From assembly GCF_009914755.1 (NCBI RefSeq), contig NC_060942.1: DNA of 64,000 nt. One strand, 5' to 3'. This stretch comes from the human T2T-CHM13v2.0 reference genome, Homo sapiens. The notes under the pieces are model-generated. The model searched no databases. It worked only from the letters and a program-made list of their open reading frames with translations, and was not told the DNA's origin. The position numbers were made by a program, and so were the translations under genes. Positions 45,412-58,489 of the stretch are shown here, piece after piece; the first letter of the stretch is position 1, and each line of letters starts with the position of its first letter.

Positions 45412-46471
45412 CTTACTTATTCCTTTTTAATCTGGAGGCCTTTTACTTCTTTTCTTGCCTGATCACCCTGGCTGGAACCTCCAGCACCGCGCTGAGCAGA
45501 AGTTGTGATGGGGACACCCTGCCTTGTTCCTGCTCTTAAGGGAGAAGCATCCAGTCTTGCACCACTAAGTACCGTGTTAGTGATGTGTTTTCATAGAAAT
45601 CTTTTATGGGATTGAGGAAGAACCCGGAGAGTTCATAGTTTCTTGAGTGGTTTTATCACAAAAGGTTTTAAGCTATCATCATCTCATAAGAATATTTAAG
45701 AGATGGCAGGAGGGCACACGGCCCCTCCCCTGCTCAGGCTTGTCTGATCCCTGCACGAGGCACTCAGTGCTACCCCCACACCCCTTGCCTCCTCCCCAGA
45801 GGTGACCGGTCTTGTCTTCCGATTCCCATTCAAGTCTCAGAAGGGGAGAGCTTTGTCTCCGTGAATGTATACCCTCCCACACCAAAAATAAAAATAAAAA
45901 CCCATCACAGCCCTGAGGCTGTTGGGACTGGGTCAGGGCCCAGTCCCCTGGCCTGTGAGTGGACACAGCCTGGAAGGGGGCAGGGTGGGGGAAGACTGAG
46001 GAGGGCTGAGAGGGGAGTCAACAATGGAGGGAGGGAAAGCTGTCAGCTCATAGCCCTCAGATACACGGGGTCTGAGGAGGGAAAAGGGGCTGGCAGGGCC
46101 AAGCTGGGGTGGCTGTGGGTCTCCTGTCACCAGCTCAGAACGTGCTGATGGGCTGGGCCTACGCCTGCCCAGACAGGGAGCCGTGGGGGAACAGAGAAGG
46201 GACTGTCCCCCTGCTGTTGTCACTCCCAGCACTTCGGCCAGCTCTCTCACCCTGCCCACCTCTAGGCACCCCTTCCAGGCACAGCACCCCTTCTTACCTC
46301 TGCCCATTCCTTCTCCCTGTCTCCTAGTTCCTCCTCAGGAGGCACCTGCACCCGGAGAGCCCTCTCTCCCACCAGGCCACCCCTGGCCCCTCAGCACTCT
46401 TGGCAGCATTGTCACAGCTGGCTGTGGCACACAGTGGATGCTCCTCCCCTGGGTTTACAGGCAGAGGTGAG

Positions 46472-46473
<2 letters not shown>

Positions 46474-46516
<43 letters not shown>

Positions 46517-46527
46517 TGTGTGTGTGT
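46474..46527. repeat. (TG)n microsatellite
   Basis: Direct inspection. Confidence 0.97.
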
Positions 46528-47042
46528 TCAGGGAGGAGAGGGATAAAAGATAAGCGAGAGGGGCTGGTGGAGCAGGAGAGACCTCAGGGTCAACGGCTGG
46601 GGGACTCGGGGGAGCCCTCTCCAGCGCTGGAAGCCCATTCTCCCACATCCAGGGTGTGTGTGTGTGGAGGGGGGCATTCTTTTAAGGTGACTCATGCACC
46701 CTGCCTGCTCAGCTCTGCACGCCTGGGCTCCCGGGCTCTAATGAAGGTAATGAGGCCAAGGAGGTATTTATGGCGCGTCCTCCTGGGGGAGCCTCGTGGC
46801 CTCCCAGCCATGACCTCAGTGCTCATGGGGACGGCCCCAGGCGTCCCAGGTCGGTGTCAAACTTGCAGGAGGAGGAAACTGAGGCGCAGGAGGAGGAAAC
46901 TGAGGCCCAGGAGGGAGAGGGTCCACCCACAGATGCCGCCCTGTGGGCAGAGGATCTCAAGAAGCAGGAGGCCCCCTGCTCCCTCCACCAAACCTGTGGA
47001 AATCAGGGCTGTTAGCACAAAAAGGCCCAGTTAGGCCGGCTC

Positions 47043-47354
47043 CTTTCTTTTTCTTTTCTTTTTTTTTTTTTTTGAGACAGAGTCTTGCTCTGTCACCAGG
47101 CTGCAGTGCAGTTGCATGATCTCACTCACTGCAACCTCTGCCTCCCAGGTTCAAGCGATTCTCCTGCCTCAGGCTCCCAAGTAGCTGGGACTAGAGGTGT
47201 GTGCCACCACGCCCAGCCAATTTTTGTATTTTTAGTAGAGACGGGGTTTCAGCACGTTGGCCAGGATAGTCTCGATCTCTTGACCTCGTGATCCGCCTGC
47301 CTCGGTCTCCCAGAGTCCTGGGATTACAGGCGTGAGCCACCGCCCCTGGCCTGG
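47043..47354 (-). mobile_element. Alu SINE (AluSc-like)
   Basis: ccaggatagtctcgatctcttgacctcgtgatcc. Confidence 0.95.
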
Positions 47355-48944
47355 CCGGCTCCTTTCTAAGGTGGATCCGGGTGCAGGGTCCACCCTGCCT
47401 CCACGGTCCCCGCCTGCACCACCCCAACTCCTACTCATGGGGGTCACGATGCTGCCCTCCCAGGGGATTCCCCTGCTGCAGACCTGCCCCACCTGGCCAG
47501 GCACTATTGGGGAAACCAAGGCAGGGGCTTTGCCCCCACTCTGGGGAGTCTGAGGAGTGGCATGAACCCAGGAAGACACAGGAGAAGGAAGGGACAGGCG
47601 GGCCTGCAGGAGCAGCCGAGCTGAGCTCCTGATGCCTAAGGGGCCTGGGTCTGGGCCTGAGTCTGCGCCTTTCCAGGAGGGGCTGGGCTTCGTGCAACCG
47701 TGAACTCCTAGGGCCCCTTCAGCAGGCCTTGGCTGGCCCAGAGGCCCTGAGGCAGTTCTGCCAGTCCTTACGAAGCAATGGCCCTGCTCAGGGTGAGGGA
47801 AGAGAGGCCCAGGCAGCCTCGCTTCATTTCCAAGGCCGCCATCTTCATTTCCAGGGCCGCCATGTCCCCAGCTCTGGGGTGGCTTTGCCCTTGGAGGCTG
47901 GTAACCCCAGGAAACCTCTGCATCTCCCTAGCTGTGGTCAGCAGGCCCCTTCTCCGGCAGACCCTGCCCCTCGCACCCTACAAGGATAAGCAGGGTTCCC
48001 TGGTGGCAAAGCCTTGGGCCAGGCCTCTATCCCTGGCCTGGGGGTGCCCTGGCCTCGCTTATTCTCATCCCCGACCTGAGCTCAGCCTGCATGGCTGAGG
48101 GACAGAGGCCACTGTACCCTGGGCCTGGGGTTAACGGTGTCATCTGCTAAGCCTCCACTACCGAGAGCGCCACCAAGTCCTCTCCACGCATGTTCACATC
48201 TAACCTCCACAGCAGCAGCCTGAGGAGGATTCTATTAAACCGCGCCGAAACAGAGTGAGGTCTAGAGAGGGCGTGTCCTCGTCCTGGGAAAGGACAGAGC
48301 AGGGACTTGAAGTGTCCCGGGAACTGATCCTCAGCCCGGGGATTGCTGTGCCCCAGGATCTGCCGGCTCCTCCGACACCTCAGACCCCCGCAGCCAGGCG
48401 TGAGCAGGGGGCCGCCAGCTGGGGCGTTCGGGGCAGGCCTTCTGCAGAGGGCTGTCTGGTTCATCTCCTCACCGCCCAGGACATGGCTGGGGAACCGCTC
48501 AGGCCACGGCAGGGGTGGGAGGGACTCCTGCCCGCCAAGGGACTGGAGTTCTGGGTGCAGGTTGGGGAACCAGTCTCTAGGGTAGGGTCCTCAGGCGGGG
48601 CCGCCCCAGAGCGCCCTTGGCATTGGGCACACACCTGCAAGGGGCCCCTCCAGGCCTGGGCTCTGGGGCACCAGTGTCCCAGGCCTGGCGGTGCCATCCT
48701 GAAGGGAAGCAGAGGCGGGAGAACAGCGGGTAAATGAGCTGGGAGCCCGGGGTTATGGGGGGCACAGCTCTGCCATCCAGCCCTGGCCCACCCGACAGGC
48801 TGAATGACCTTCCACAGTCTTTGTCCTCTCTGGCTGCAGGCCACAGCTGTGAAGTGCAACTTTCCCTCAAGGACACCCAGCCAGGGAACCCCCCTCCCAC
48901 CTGGAGTCCCCCTGGTCCTATGACATAAGCCCTATCTTGGCTGC

Positions 48945-49452
48945 AAGTGTGTGCGAGCATGTGAGTACGAGTGAGTGAGTCAGTGTGTGTAAGCAAGTGT
49001 GTGCGTGTGAATGTGAGTGAATGTGTGTGATGTGTGGTGATGAGAGTGAATGTGACTGAGCATGTGTGATGTGTCTGGTGTGTGGTGAGTGTGAGTGAAT
49101 GTGACTGAATTAGCATGTGTGATATGTGGTGAGTGTGAGTGAACGAGCATGTGTGATGTGTGTGGTGTGTGTGGTATGTGAGTGTGAGTGAATGAGAGTG
49201 TGTGATGTGGCGTGTGTGTGTGAATGAGCATGTGTGTGGTGTGTACAAGTGTGAATGTGAGTGAATGTGTGTGTGTACTGTGTGTGTGTGATGTGTGGTG
49301 TGTGTGTATGAGTGAATGAGCGTGTGTGTGGTGTGTACGAGTGTGAATGTGAATGAATGTGTGTGATGTGTGTGTGTGTGAATGAGTGTGTGTGTGTGAA
49401 TGAGTGTGTGTGATGTGTGGTGTGTGTGTATGTGTGTGTGTGCACGTACATG
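48945..49452. repeat. ~500-bp degenerate TG-rich low-complexity tract
   Basis: Mosaic of gtgtgt / gtgaat / gtgagt / tgatgtgtgg units. Confidence 0.95.
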
Positions 49453-51554
49453 CGCGGATCCCTGTGAGTCTGGGACTGAGTGAGGAAAAGTGCTCCAAGG
49501 TCCCCCAGGCCACACATCCACTGTTTCCCAGCAGCCTGGCTCCTGCTGTAACTGCTGAGCGTGAAGAGCTGGTCCCCAGGCAGCACCGGGGTGACAACCA
49601 TGAATGTGCTCCACACAGGAGCGGGGTGTCAGGCAGGAGGGGATGGTCTCTCTTGCCATCAGGCTGCCCTGGCTGTAACCCTCGCTCCAGCTTCCTGCCC
49701 CGGCATCCCCCAGCAGCTCTGGGGCAGGAGGAATCGTGGCCAGCCCTAGGGACAGGGGACTTGGGTGGATATGCAGACTCCCCCACCCCCGGCCTTCTTC
49801 TCCACCCAGGGAGGCTGCCCTTTGCCCCTCACCCTGTGCCCCATGCCTCTTCCACCCTCACCCCTTCTATAGATCGTCACAGACCCCAAACCAGGCTCCC
49901 TGGTGGTGGCTTGCTGTGGTTTGGGGTGGAAGTCTGGCAACCCAGACCCTACCCCCATTCCCCCATCCTGGCACCTCTGCTCTCTGAATCCCCTGAAGGC
50001 TCAGGTGGCCTGAAGTTGTCTTTCTTGCCTCTGGGGAGCTGACATTGGAAGCCCCAGTCATGGCCTCTCCCGAGTCCAGACCTATGTCTCCGGTGGTTTC
50101 TGCATGTCCACAGGGATGTGTCATCCCCACTACAGACTCGGCATGCCTGAAAACAGCCTCCTCACCTCCCCTCGGCCCCAAAACGCACCACCCCCTCCAC
50201 TGACATCCTCCCAGGCGCCCAGCCTGAGGCCATCACCTGGAATCAAATCCCACCAGCACGGACAGAGGCGGCCGCGTGGCGGGCAAGGGGAAAGAGGCGC
50301 TGGCTCTGGAGCTGGGGAAGCTGGGTCCAAGCCCCTGCAGTCCCTGTGTGAGCTGGGGCCCAGAGCTACCTCCTGAGGCCTCAGTTTCCCCTCTGTTTCG
50401 GAGCTGGTGGGAGAGTGACTGAGACTGGGTGAAGTGTGTGGAGAGTGGCAGGGGGCTCGTCCAGTGTGGGTCCCGGATCCCGCATGGGAACCCTTGCAGT
50501 CGTCAGGGCCTGGCTGCAATTGCCTGTGAGGGCCCTGCCTACCCTGGCCTCCCCTCCGCTCCCACACAGCTGTCCAGTTCCACCATGACCTTTGCCAAGC
50601 CATGCCCCGGCTCAGACCCCTCCAGGGCCGGCATGGTCACCACACTGGAGTCCAGTGCCACTGCCCCCACTGCCACAGCTGGGCCCTGGCTACCCCTCTA
50701 GCCCTTCACCAGGACATCCCATCCCCACCTCTCCAGGCAAAGCGCACAGCTAGTGTGGTCCCCCACCTCCATCTGCAGCACGCAGCCCCCAGGGGCCCTA
50801 ACTCACCCCCTCTTCCCTCACAGGGCTTCCCTGCCGTCCAGTGTTGGGTGAGAAAGGTGGAGGGGACATGTAGCCCCGGATGGAGGTGCAGCACCAACGA
50901 GAGAGCTCCGGCCTGTGGGAGGGACGCTCAGGCTTAGGTCAAAGCCAGGAGCTCCGGGAAACCTGGGTTCAGCCGCCACGCCCCACGGAGGGGACACACC
51001 CTTCCCTGCCTGATGGCAGGGCCCATGGTAGACAAAACCCATGACCTCACCTCTCCTGGCTCCAGGGCTCAGCCCTGCCCACTTCTGGAGAATTCCATGA
51101 CTCAGGTAACAGAGGAGGGGCCTAGCCAGTCTCAGAGCCAAGGTCACACCGCCCTACACCTTGCTGTCCCCACAGCATCTGCAGGAGGAGCATGCCAGGA
51201 CCAGAGACCCAGGGAGCAGCCTCACCAGAGGGAAAAGAGCCTGTAGAGTGGTGAGCTCAGGTTTGTAGCTCCCGCAGGCAGGGCATGAGGGGCTGGGAGG
51301 CGGGGCCTGGGCCTGGCGTCAGGGAGGTTACCTAGCAGACGGTCCCACAGTCCACACTCAGGGCTGCCAGGTACAGCTGCATGGGTTGTGCACTGCTTAA
51401 CTGCAGAGGGCGCCCCACACACAGACTTGACATGCTGGCTGGACCACAACGTGATGGCCCTGATTGTTACACACAGACACATACACACGCACGTGCACAC
51501 ACATGCAGACACACACATACATGCACACGCATGCATACTTGGGTCCACACAGCC

Positions 51555-51833
51555 TTTTTTTTTTTTTTTTTAAAAGAGGTGGGTCTTGCTCTGTCACCTA
51601 GCCTGGAGTACAATGGTATGATCATAGCCCACTGTAGCCTCGACATCCTGGGCTCAAGCAATCCTCCCGCCTCAGCCTCCTGGAAATATAGGTGTGTGCC
51701 ACCACACCCAGCTAGATTTTAAAATGCTTTTTAGTGGCAAGATCTCACTATGTTGCTTAGGTTGGTCTTGAACTCCTGGGCTCAAGTGATCCTCCCGCCA
51801 TGGTCTCCCAAAGTACTGGGATTACACACAGCC
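51555..51833 (-). mobile_element. AluJ-like, preceded by a CA-rich tract (~51468-51537)
   Basis: Antisense Alu with atcatagcccactgtagcctcga, ctgggctcaag. Confidence 0.9.
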
Positions 51834-52439
51834 TCTTGGGGAGTTATTTCACACCTGTGTCCTAATGGGCTCACACGGCCTCTGCCCTGTTTAAGGATGG
51901 CAACAGTGAAGTAAAGGAGTGACTGTTGGGCAGGGGAATGGGCTTGGAATGGAAGAGCTGACCTGAAACCACTTTGCTGGGCCTGCCACATGTTCTCAAA
52001 TATCAAAATCATCATCACAGCCCTAACTAGGACCCACTGGGCCAGGGCTGGGGCCACCCTCTCCACTGGCCATGGCCTCAGCTGAGTGGAGCCACTTCCC
52101 ATTCTCTGAACCTGCCTTGATTTGGGGCTGACCAAGCCCTTGCTCATGGTGTCCCCAAGCTGGATCTCCCCCATATGGACTTTGAGGCACAGATGAAATG
52201 TGACGTTGCACGTGGAGGCTGCCCTGGCCCCTGGAAGGCCTGCACCACCCACCCCCGAGGCTGCAGGCTCTCCCTTCCCTGGGCTCCCGCCTCCCCTCCC
52301 ACAGGCGTGCCCATGCCTTGCCTCTTAGGAGCTCCCCTCGGGATAACACTTCCAGCAACACACACCTGTGAGGCATGGACCATGGATGCATCAGGCTCTG
52401 CTCTGAGGGCGCCACCTTGCAGCACGGGCTTAATCTTCG

Positions 52440-52580
52440 TAACAGCTTTGCGTGAACATCAATTATTACCTCCATTTTATAGATAAGGAAATGGAGGCCC
52501 TGAGAGGTCCCACAGCCAGTACGTGCTGGAGTGTGATTGGAACCCAGGTGGTCTGTCTCCGGGGTCCATGTTCTTCAGCC
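52440..52580 (-). mobile_element. MIR
   Basis: ctccattttatagataaggaaatggaggccctgagagg...ggaacccaggtggtctgtctcc. Confidence 0.75.
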
Positions 52581-52739
52581 CCTCTATGATGCTGCCTTCC
52601 CTCTTTTCAGGCTCTGGAGTGAATGGTGATGGAGCCTTGGCTTGGTGTGCTGGACACTTGCTTGGTGCCCTGAGCCACCACGTCCAAGTCCAGCTACTGT
52701 GAGGTCCCATGCTGGGAGGAATCCCAGGCCCTAGGCCAG

Positions 52740-53004
52740 GTTCCAGCTGACAGCCCCGGCTGAAGTCCCAGACCACAGCCAGCGTCGCCCCCCAAGACCT
52801 GAGGGAAGACATTCACGTCCAGGTCATTTTGGCTCCAGCTTTGGAGACCTGCCAGTGAGCCCTAGACATCATGGACGGGGCAAGCTGCCCCTTCTGCGCC
52901 CTGTCCGATCTCCTAACCACAGAATCTGGGTGCATAAGAAAACGGTTGTTTGAAGCAGCTGAGTTCTGGCGTTACTTGTCATGCAGTAACTGATAAACAA
53001 AACA
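52740..53004 (+). mobile_element. MLT1 (H/I/J-like) MaLR LTR 3' part
   Basis: ccctagacatcatggac...ctgtccgatctcctaaccacagaatc...ggttgtttgaagcagctgagttctgg...gcagtaactgataaacaaaaca. Confidence 0.65.
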
Positions 53005-53832
53005 GCTGCCACCTGCTTCCTGCCCACCCTGTACAAAGACTCCTGTCACCACGGAGCCTGGCACCTCTGGGTGGCTGAATTCATTGTGCTCATTTCTGCG
53101 TGACCTTTCTTCACCTCTCAGCCCCATTCCAGCCTTCTCGGTGATACCCTGGCCCTTGGCTTCTATGACCCCTTCTCCCTTCTGTTCCTTCCTCCTCCTC
53201 CATGCCTGGGCCTCAGTTCCCCCCAAGGAGCTCCCTTCTGTCCAGCACCCCTAAATGTGGGTGTACCCCAGGATCTCCACCTTAGCTTATGCTTATCTCC
53301 CATGCACAGGACCCCAAATCCATGTCCCCGGGGCAGACCACATCCTGGGTGGCCTGTGGGACGTCTCCTCGGCAGCCCAAAGCACCCTGGCCCTGGCCTG
53401 CCTCTCCTCCCGAACCTCCTGCGGCCCTTGTCCTGGTCACCTGGTCTACTGAGCCGCCTCTGGGGTGCCGCAGAGAGATGGTCCAGGGAGGGGCTGTACA
53501 AATCAGGCCAGGCTGGAGGGCTGATGGGGAACCCTGGGGCCTTCATCCCCAGGAGGAGGCAGAATCAGAGTTCACAGGGAGAGAGCTGCCTGGGAGCAGT
53601 GGACCCCACGTTTCTGCTTCAGGGATGGACAGCTCTGCTGGGTGAGAAGAAAGCTCAGGCTGGCGGGGATGGCAAAGGAGCTGCTCTCGGACCCCCAATC
53701 CTGTGTATGGGTGGGTGTATGTTGGGCAGGGAGTGTGGAGTGGGGAGGGCCCCTGACAGAAGAGGAAAGCAAAGAAACGTGGTTAAACAGGGAAGCACTG
53801 AGGGTCAGACCAAAGTAATGAGAGGCGTCTGG

Positions 53833-54560
53833 TGTTGTGGCTAAATTATGTCCCCCCAGTTCCTCCACTGAAGTCCTAACCCCTGGTACCTCAGAATGGG
53901 ATTGTGTTGGAGATGGGTTTGTTTTGTTTTTGTTTTTTTGAGACAGGGCCTCACTCTGTCCCCCAGGCCGGAGTGCAGTGACATGATACGGCCCTCCCCA
54001 GCCTCTACCTCCTGGGCTCAAGAGATCCTCCTGCCGCGGACTTCCTGGTAGCTGGGATGAGGGGTAGGTACCACCATGCCTGGCTAATTTTTGTATTTTT
54101 TTGTAGATATGGGGTTTCACCATGTCGCCCAGGCTCGTCTCAAACTCCTGGCCTCAGCCTCCCAAAGCAATGGGGTTACAGGCATGAGTCACTGTGCCTG
54201 GCCCAGAGATGGGGTTTTTAAAGAGAGGTAGTGAAGTTAAAGTGAGGCCATATCGGTGGGCCCTGATCCAACATGACAGATGTCCTTAAAAGAAGAGGAG
54301 ATTAGGGCACAGATAAGACACAGACCAGGGGCAACCATGCAAGGCCGCGGCAGGAAGGTGGCCGTCTGCAAGCCCCACCACTAAGGGCAGCTGCTCCAAG
54401 AGCCAGGCAAGGCCTCTCCAAGAGGCCTCAGGGGCAGCCAGCCCTGCCCATGCCCTGATTATGGACATCCAGCTTCCAGAATGGTCAGAAAATACACATC
54501 TGTTGTTTCAGCCGCCCTGTTTGTGGCACTTTGTCGTGGTGGCCTCAGCGCGTGAATACA
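53833..54560 (+). mobile_element. MLT1B-like MaLR solo LTR split by an antisense Alu (53918-54203)
   Basis: tgttgtggctaaattatgtcccc...gaagtcctaacccctggtacctcagaat...gtccttaaaagaagaggaga...ccagcttccagaa...aataca; Alu flanked by gagatggg. Confidence 0.85.
53918..54203 (-). mobile_element. AluJ-like
   Basis: Diverged antisense Alu. Confidence 0.9.
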
Positions 54561-56858
54561 CCCGGATTCCGTGTGGAGCTGGGAGAAGGGGGTGTGTGAA
54601 GGGTGGTTTCAGACGAAACTGTGCCTTCCACCCCCACCCCCCCAGACAGGGGGTCCTCAGGGCTGCCCACACCCCCTCGCCAGCTGGCTCTGTAGCCCCT
54701 CCCCCAGTTCCTGAAGGTTCAGTCCTTTGCAACATGCAGTGAACCTAAAAGGAAATCTGGAGGTCCTTTAAGAAACACCTCCCCACCCCACCTCCCAAGA
54801 TGCTGTATCAGCAACAGCCTCCGAAGGTGCCCAGACACAGATACCTGCATGAACACAGCATGACTGTCATCCATTAGCATCCCAGTGTTACAAACTTGTT
54901 CTAAAATTGTCCAAAGGACATGGAAAATAGCCCCGCTTTGAAGATGTGTGCATTTTGAGATGGCCGTCTCACCACATCTGGTTTCCTGGTCTCTACGCCC
55001 AGGAGGAGGCTGAGTTGGGGCTTCCTGCTCTCTATGGGGTGGGGAGTGGCTGGTTTGAGGATGTTTCTCTGCCCTGGACACCCCTGCTCTGCCAGCTCTG
55101 TCCTGGTGGGGCTTTAACTGGTGCAGCCAGTGGCTGGGCAGGACCGACCCTGAGCAGGACTCACCTCCCTGAGTGCCCCCTCTCCACACACCCTGGCACC
55201 AGCCTCTCCCAATGACAATAGATCCTTCAGCCCCTACATCCCTCAGCCAACAGCCCCCTGCCAAGTGGAAGCCTCCTCCTAGCCTCAGGGCGGGCCAACC
55301 TCCCCTCTGGCCTCCACGGCCTCTGAGGTCTGTAGGGAAGAATGTCATCCCCATTATGCAGACTGGTGACCTGGCACAGGAAGGGCCAGCTCCTCATCGC
55401 TGATGCTGGTGTTTTGTTTGTCCTGTGCGCTTGGCAGGTAACGGGAATGGCAGGACTGTGGTTGAGCTTTGGGAGCCCGGGAAGGAAGGATACTGGAGCT
55501 GGGCTGATCCAGGACAGCTTCCTGGAGGAGGCGGGATTTAAACTGGTCAATGAGGTGAGTCCTCCTCAGAGGTGGCTAAGACCCAGGCTCTGGCCCCAGG
55601 CAGTTTCTTCTGCTCCCTCTACACTCACCCAAAAGACAGACAGCCCCACCACAAGGCCCCCCATGCCAGGCTCTGGGCAGAGCTCTTGGGGCTTAGGTGC
55701 TGCTCCGCCCCACTGCCTGGTCTTTGCATCTCTTCAACACACACCCAGGGAAATTCCCTCCATGAGGTTGTCATCCAGGTGAATTCAGGTCGGGACCAAT
55801 ATTGCTGGCAGCCTGCAGTGACAGTCGCCACCACTGAGCCCCTGCCATTTCTCCATCCCCTGCTTCCTGGGCACTCTGCATCTGTCATCTTGTGCTCCAC
55901 AGTCCTGCTTCTACAGGCTTGGCATTCCAGGTACAGATGGGGAAACTGAGGCTCAGAGAGTCCAGTGACAGCCCAGGCACACAGGTGCCCCTGGGTAGCC
56001 AGGCAGCTGCTGCAGGGCCAGGTTCTGTCCAGGGTAGCCAGGTGGGGAGGTGGGGAGCACCCTGGTCTCTGCCCCAGCAGTAGTGGCCAGGAGGGAGCCA
56101 AGTGTGTGGGTATCAGCTTCCGTGGTTTGGAACTCAGTGTGGCCCCAACCCTGTGCCATAGCTCCTTGGTCTCAGGAGCATCTGGTCACCTCTCCTGTCC
56201 GGATGTTCCTGGGGACCTTACAGATGCCAACATGGCGATGGGGCTCCTGTGTGAAGCGCATGGCATGACGCTGCCCCGAGGGGCTTCCTAACATCGTGGA
56301 GTCAGGGTCCCGACCGGGACACTGTGGGCCCAGGGAGGGGCATCTGACCAGCTGGGTTGGCTGCAAGGACAGCTGCTGAGTCTGGCCTTGAAGGGGGACA
56401 GTGACTGACCAGGGAGATGGGACAGAAAGGGTGGTCCGGACAGAGCAGAGGCAGGGGGACGAGTGAGGGTCTTGGGGCGGGGGGCTAAGGCTACACCCCT
56501 CCCCTGAGACATCTCTCTGCTCAGCCCTGGCCCCCAGTGGGGTGGGTAAATAAAGTCTAGCTCAGGGCTTCCTTGGGACCATCAGCCCTGAGTCGGCACT
56601 GGGGTCCAGAGCTGGGAGCCTGCAGACCTCTCCCAGGCTGGGGACTCCACTCTTATCCCTGGAAGGTTTTTGAGTCCCCCAGGCCAGGCGGGTGGGCCCC
56701 TTCAGGAGCTGGGCTGGGGCTGGATTGGGGAGGGTGAGCTATGGCAAGGACAGATGTTTCCAGTTTGAGGTCTCGGGCTGCCATCAATTGTTCCACTAAA
56801 CCCTGTTTCCTATTAAGCAGACTCCGGGAGGTGGAGAAGTTGCCTTCCATCATGCAGT

Positions 56859-56861
<3 letters not shown>

Positions 56862-56923
<62 letters not shown>
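56862..56923. repeat. Long pure (TG)n microsatellite (~31 units)
   Basis: Direct inspection. Confidence 0.98.
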
Positions 56924-56926
<3 letters not shown>

Positions 56927-57209
56927 TGGGTGCTGAGGACTGGCTGGGGAGGCCATGAAGGGCTATGGACATGTCTGTTCTCCATGCCTCCTGGCCAACC
57001 ATGGGCAGAGCTGGACTTTGTCCTGGGAACTGTCCCTTGGCTCCGGAGCAGCTTCATCTGACTGAAGGGCTGAGAGCCGGGACTTGGGAGGGCTCTGGTT
57101 GGGGATTCTCACTACACACCTGGCCATGACCTTCTCCTCTGCCCGTGGGCAAACTATGGTTGGTCACCTGCCCATCCCTGCGTTCCCTGTCCTTCTTCCT
57201 GAAAGAGTC

Positions 57210-57614
57210 TGTGTTAGTCTGTTTCATGTTGCTATAAAGGAATGCCTGAGGCTGGGTAATTTATAGAGGTTCGATTGGCTTATGGTTCTGCAGGCTGTAC
57301 AGGAAGCATGGCACCAGCATCGGCTCAGCTTCTGGTGAGGCCAAAAGAAGCTTACTGTCATGGCTGAAGGCGAAGTGGGAGCCAGTGTATCACGTGGCGA
57401 GAGAGGGAGCAAGAGAGCCAAGGGGGAGGCCCCAGACTCTTAAATGACCAGATCTAACTGAGTAAGAACTCACTCATCCCCAAGGGAATGGCACTAAGCC
57501 ACCCATGAGGGATCCGCCCCCATGATCCAATATCTGCCACCAGGCCCCACCTCCAACATTGGGGATCACATTTCAACATGAGATTTGGAGGGGACCAACA
57601 TCCCAACCATATCA
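57210..57614 (-). mobile_element. MSTA/MSTB-like MaLR solo LTR
   Basis: tgtgttagtctgtttcatgttgctataaaggaatgcctgag...ttcaacatgagatttggagg...aaccatatca; TG...CA ends with near-identical 5-bp TSD gagtc / gagcc. Confidence 0.9.
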
Positions 57615-58147
57615 GAGCCTGATTAATATCCTGGGACTCACTCTCCTCTCCGCAGCTAAGTGGGCTGGCCCCCGACCCTGATTCGGTGCCATGATGGGGA
57701 CTCCTGTCCTTGCCAATAATGGTTTAGGAATGGGTGTGGGAAACAGGCCTGGGCATGGAAATGTGAAGGGGCCTCTGGGAGAGGAGCCCCACTCCTGAGC
57801 TGTACTCCAGATGAGATCACGCTCTGATGTAACACCAGGAGCTGTGGCAGCCCTCTTGTGAGTATGAGGGAAGCCAGCCAGAGGGTGTCAAGTACAGAGG
57901 GACACAGCATAGGACCTTAGGATGGCACTGAGCTGCTGTCTTCGCCCTCACTGGGGCTTCCTAACCTGTGAGATGACACCAGCTCTGGTTTCCTTAGGGC
58001 TTACCATTTCTAGACACAGTGCTAAATGCTCACATTATTCAACCATTATTTCTTGTAATCAGGTAGATTACAAGGTGTGGGATGCAGATGTGCAGAAATC
58101 ACACATAAATCCCTGCTCCCTGAGAAGGTACATTCTCCATTTAAAAA

Positions 58148-58418
58148 AATATAGTCTTGCTCTGTCATCCAGGCTGGAATACAAGGGCACAGTCATGGCT
58201 CACTGCAGCCTTGACCTCCTGGGCTCGAGGAATCCTCCCACCTCAGCCTCCTGAGTAGCTGGCACCATAAGCACACACCACCATATGTGGCTATTTTTTT
58301 TTTTTTTTTTTTGTAGAGACAGGGTCTCACTATGTTGCCCAGCCTGGTCTCAAACTCCTGACTTCAAGTGACCCTTCTGTCTTGGCCTTCCAATGTGCTG
58401 GAATTACAGGTCCAGCCA
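58148..58418 (-). mobile_element. AluJ-like
   Basis: Diverged antisense Alu with an expanded T-run in the linker. Confidence 0.88.
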
Positions 58419-58489
58419 CATTCTCCATTCTTTGAATGCTATTTCACTTAAGCCTCAAACCATAGCCTAAGCTGAAGTGCACACATCAT

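Noticed and set aside
46474-47034. ORFs with CVCVCV and EEETEAQEEETEAQ repeats
   Set aside because: Derived from (TG)n and the 21-bp duplication; no splice or homology support.
48577-49786. Long His/Thr-rich ORFs (360, 268, 168 aa)
   Set aside because: Translations of the TG/CA low-complexity tract, which lacks stop codons by composition.
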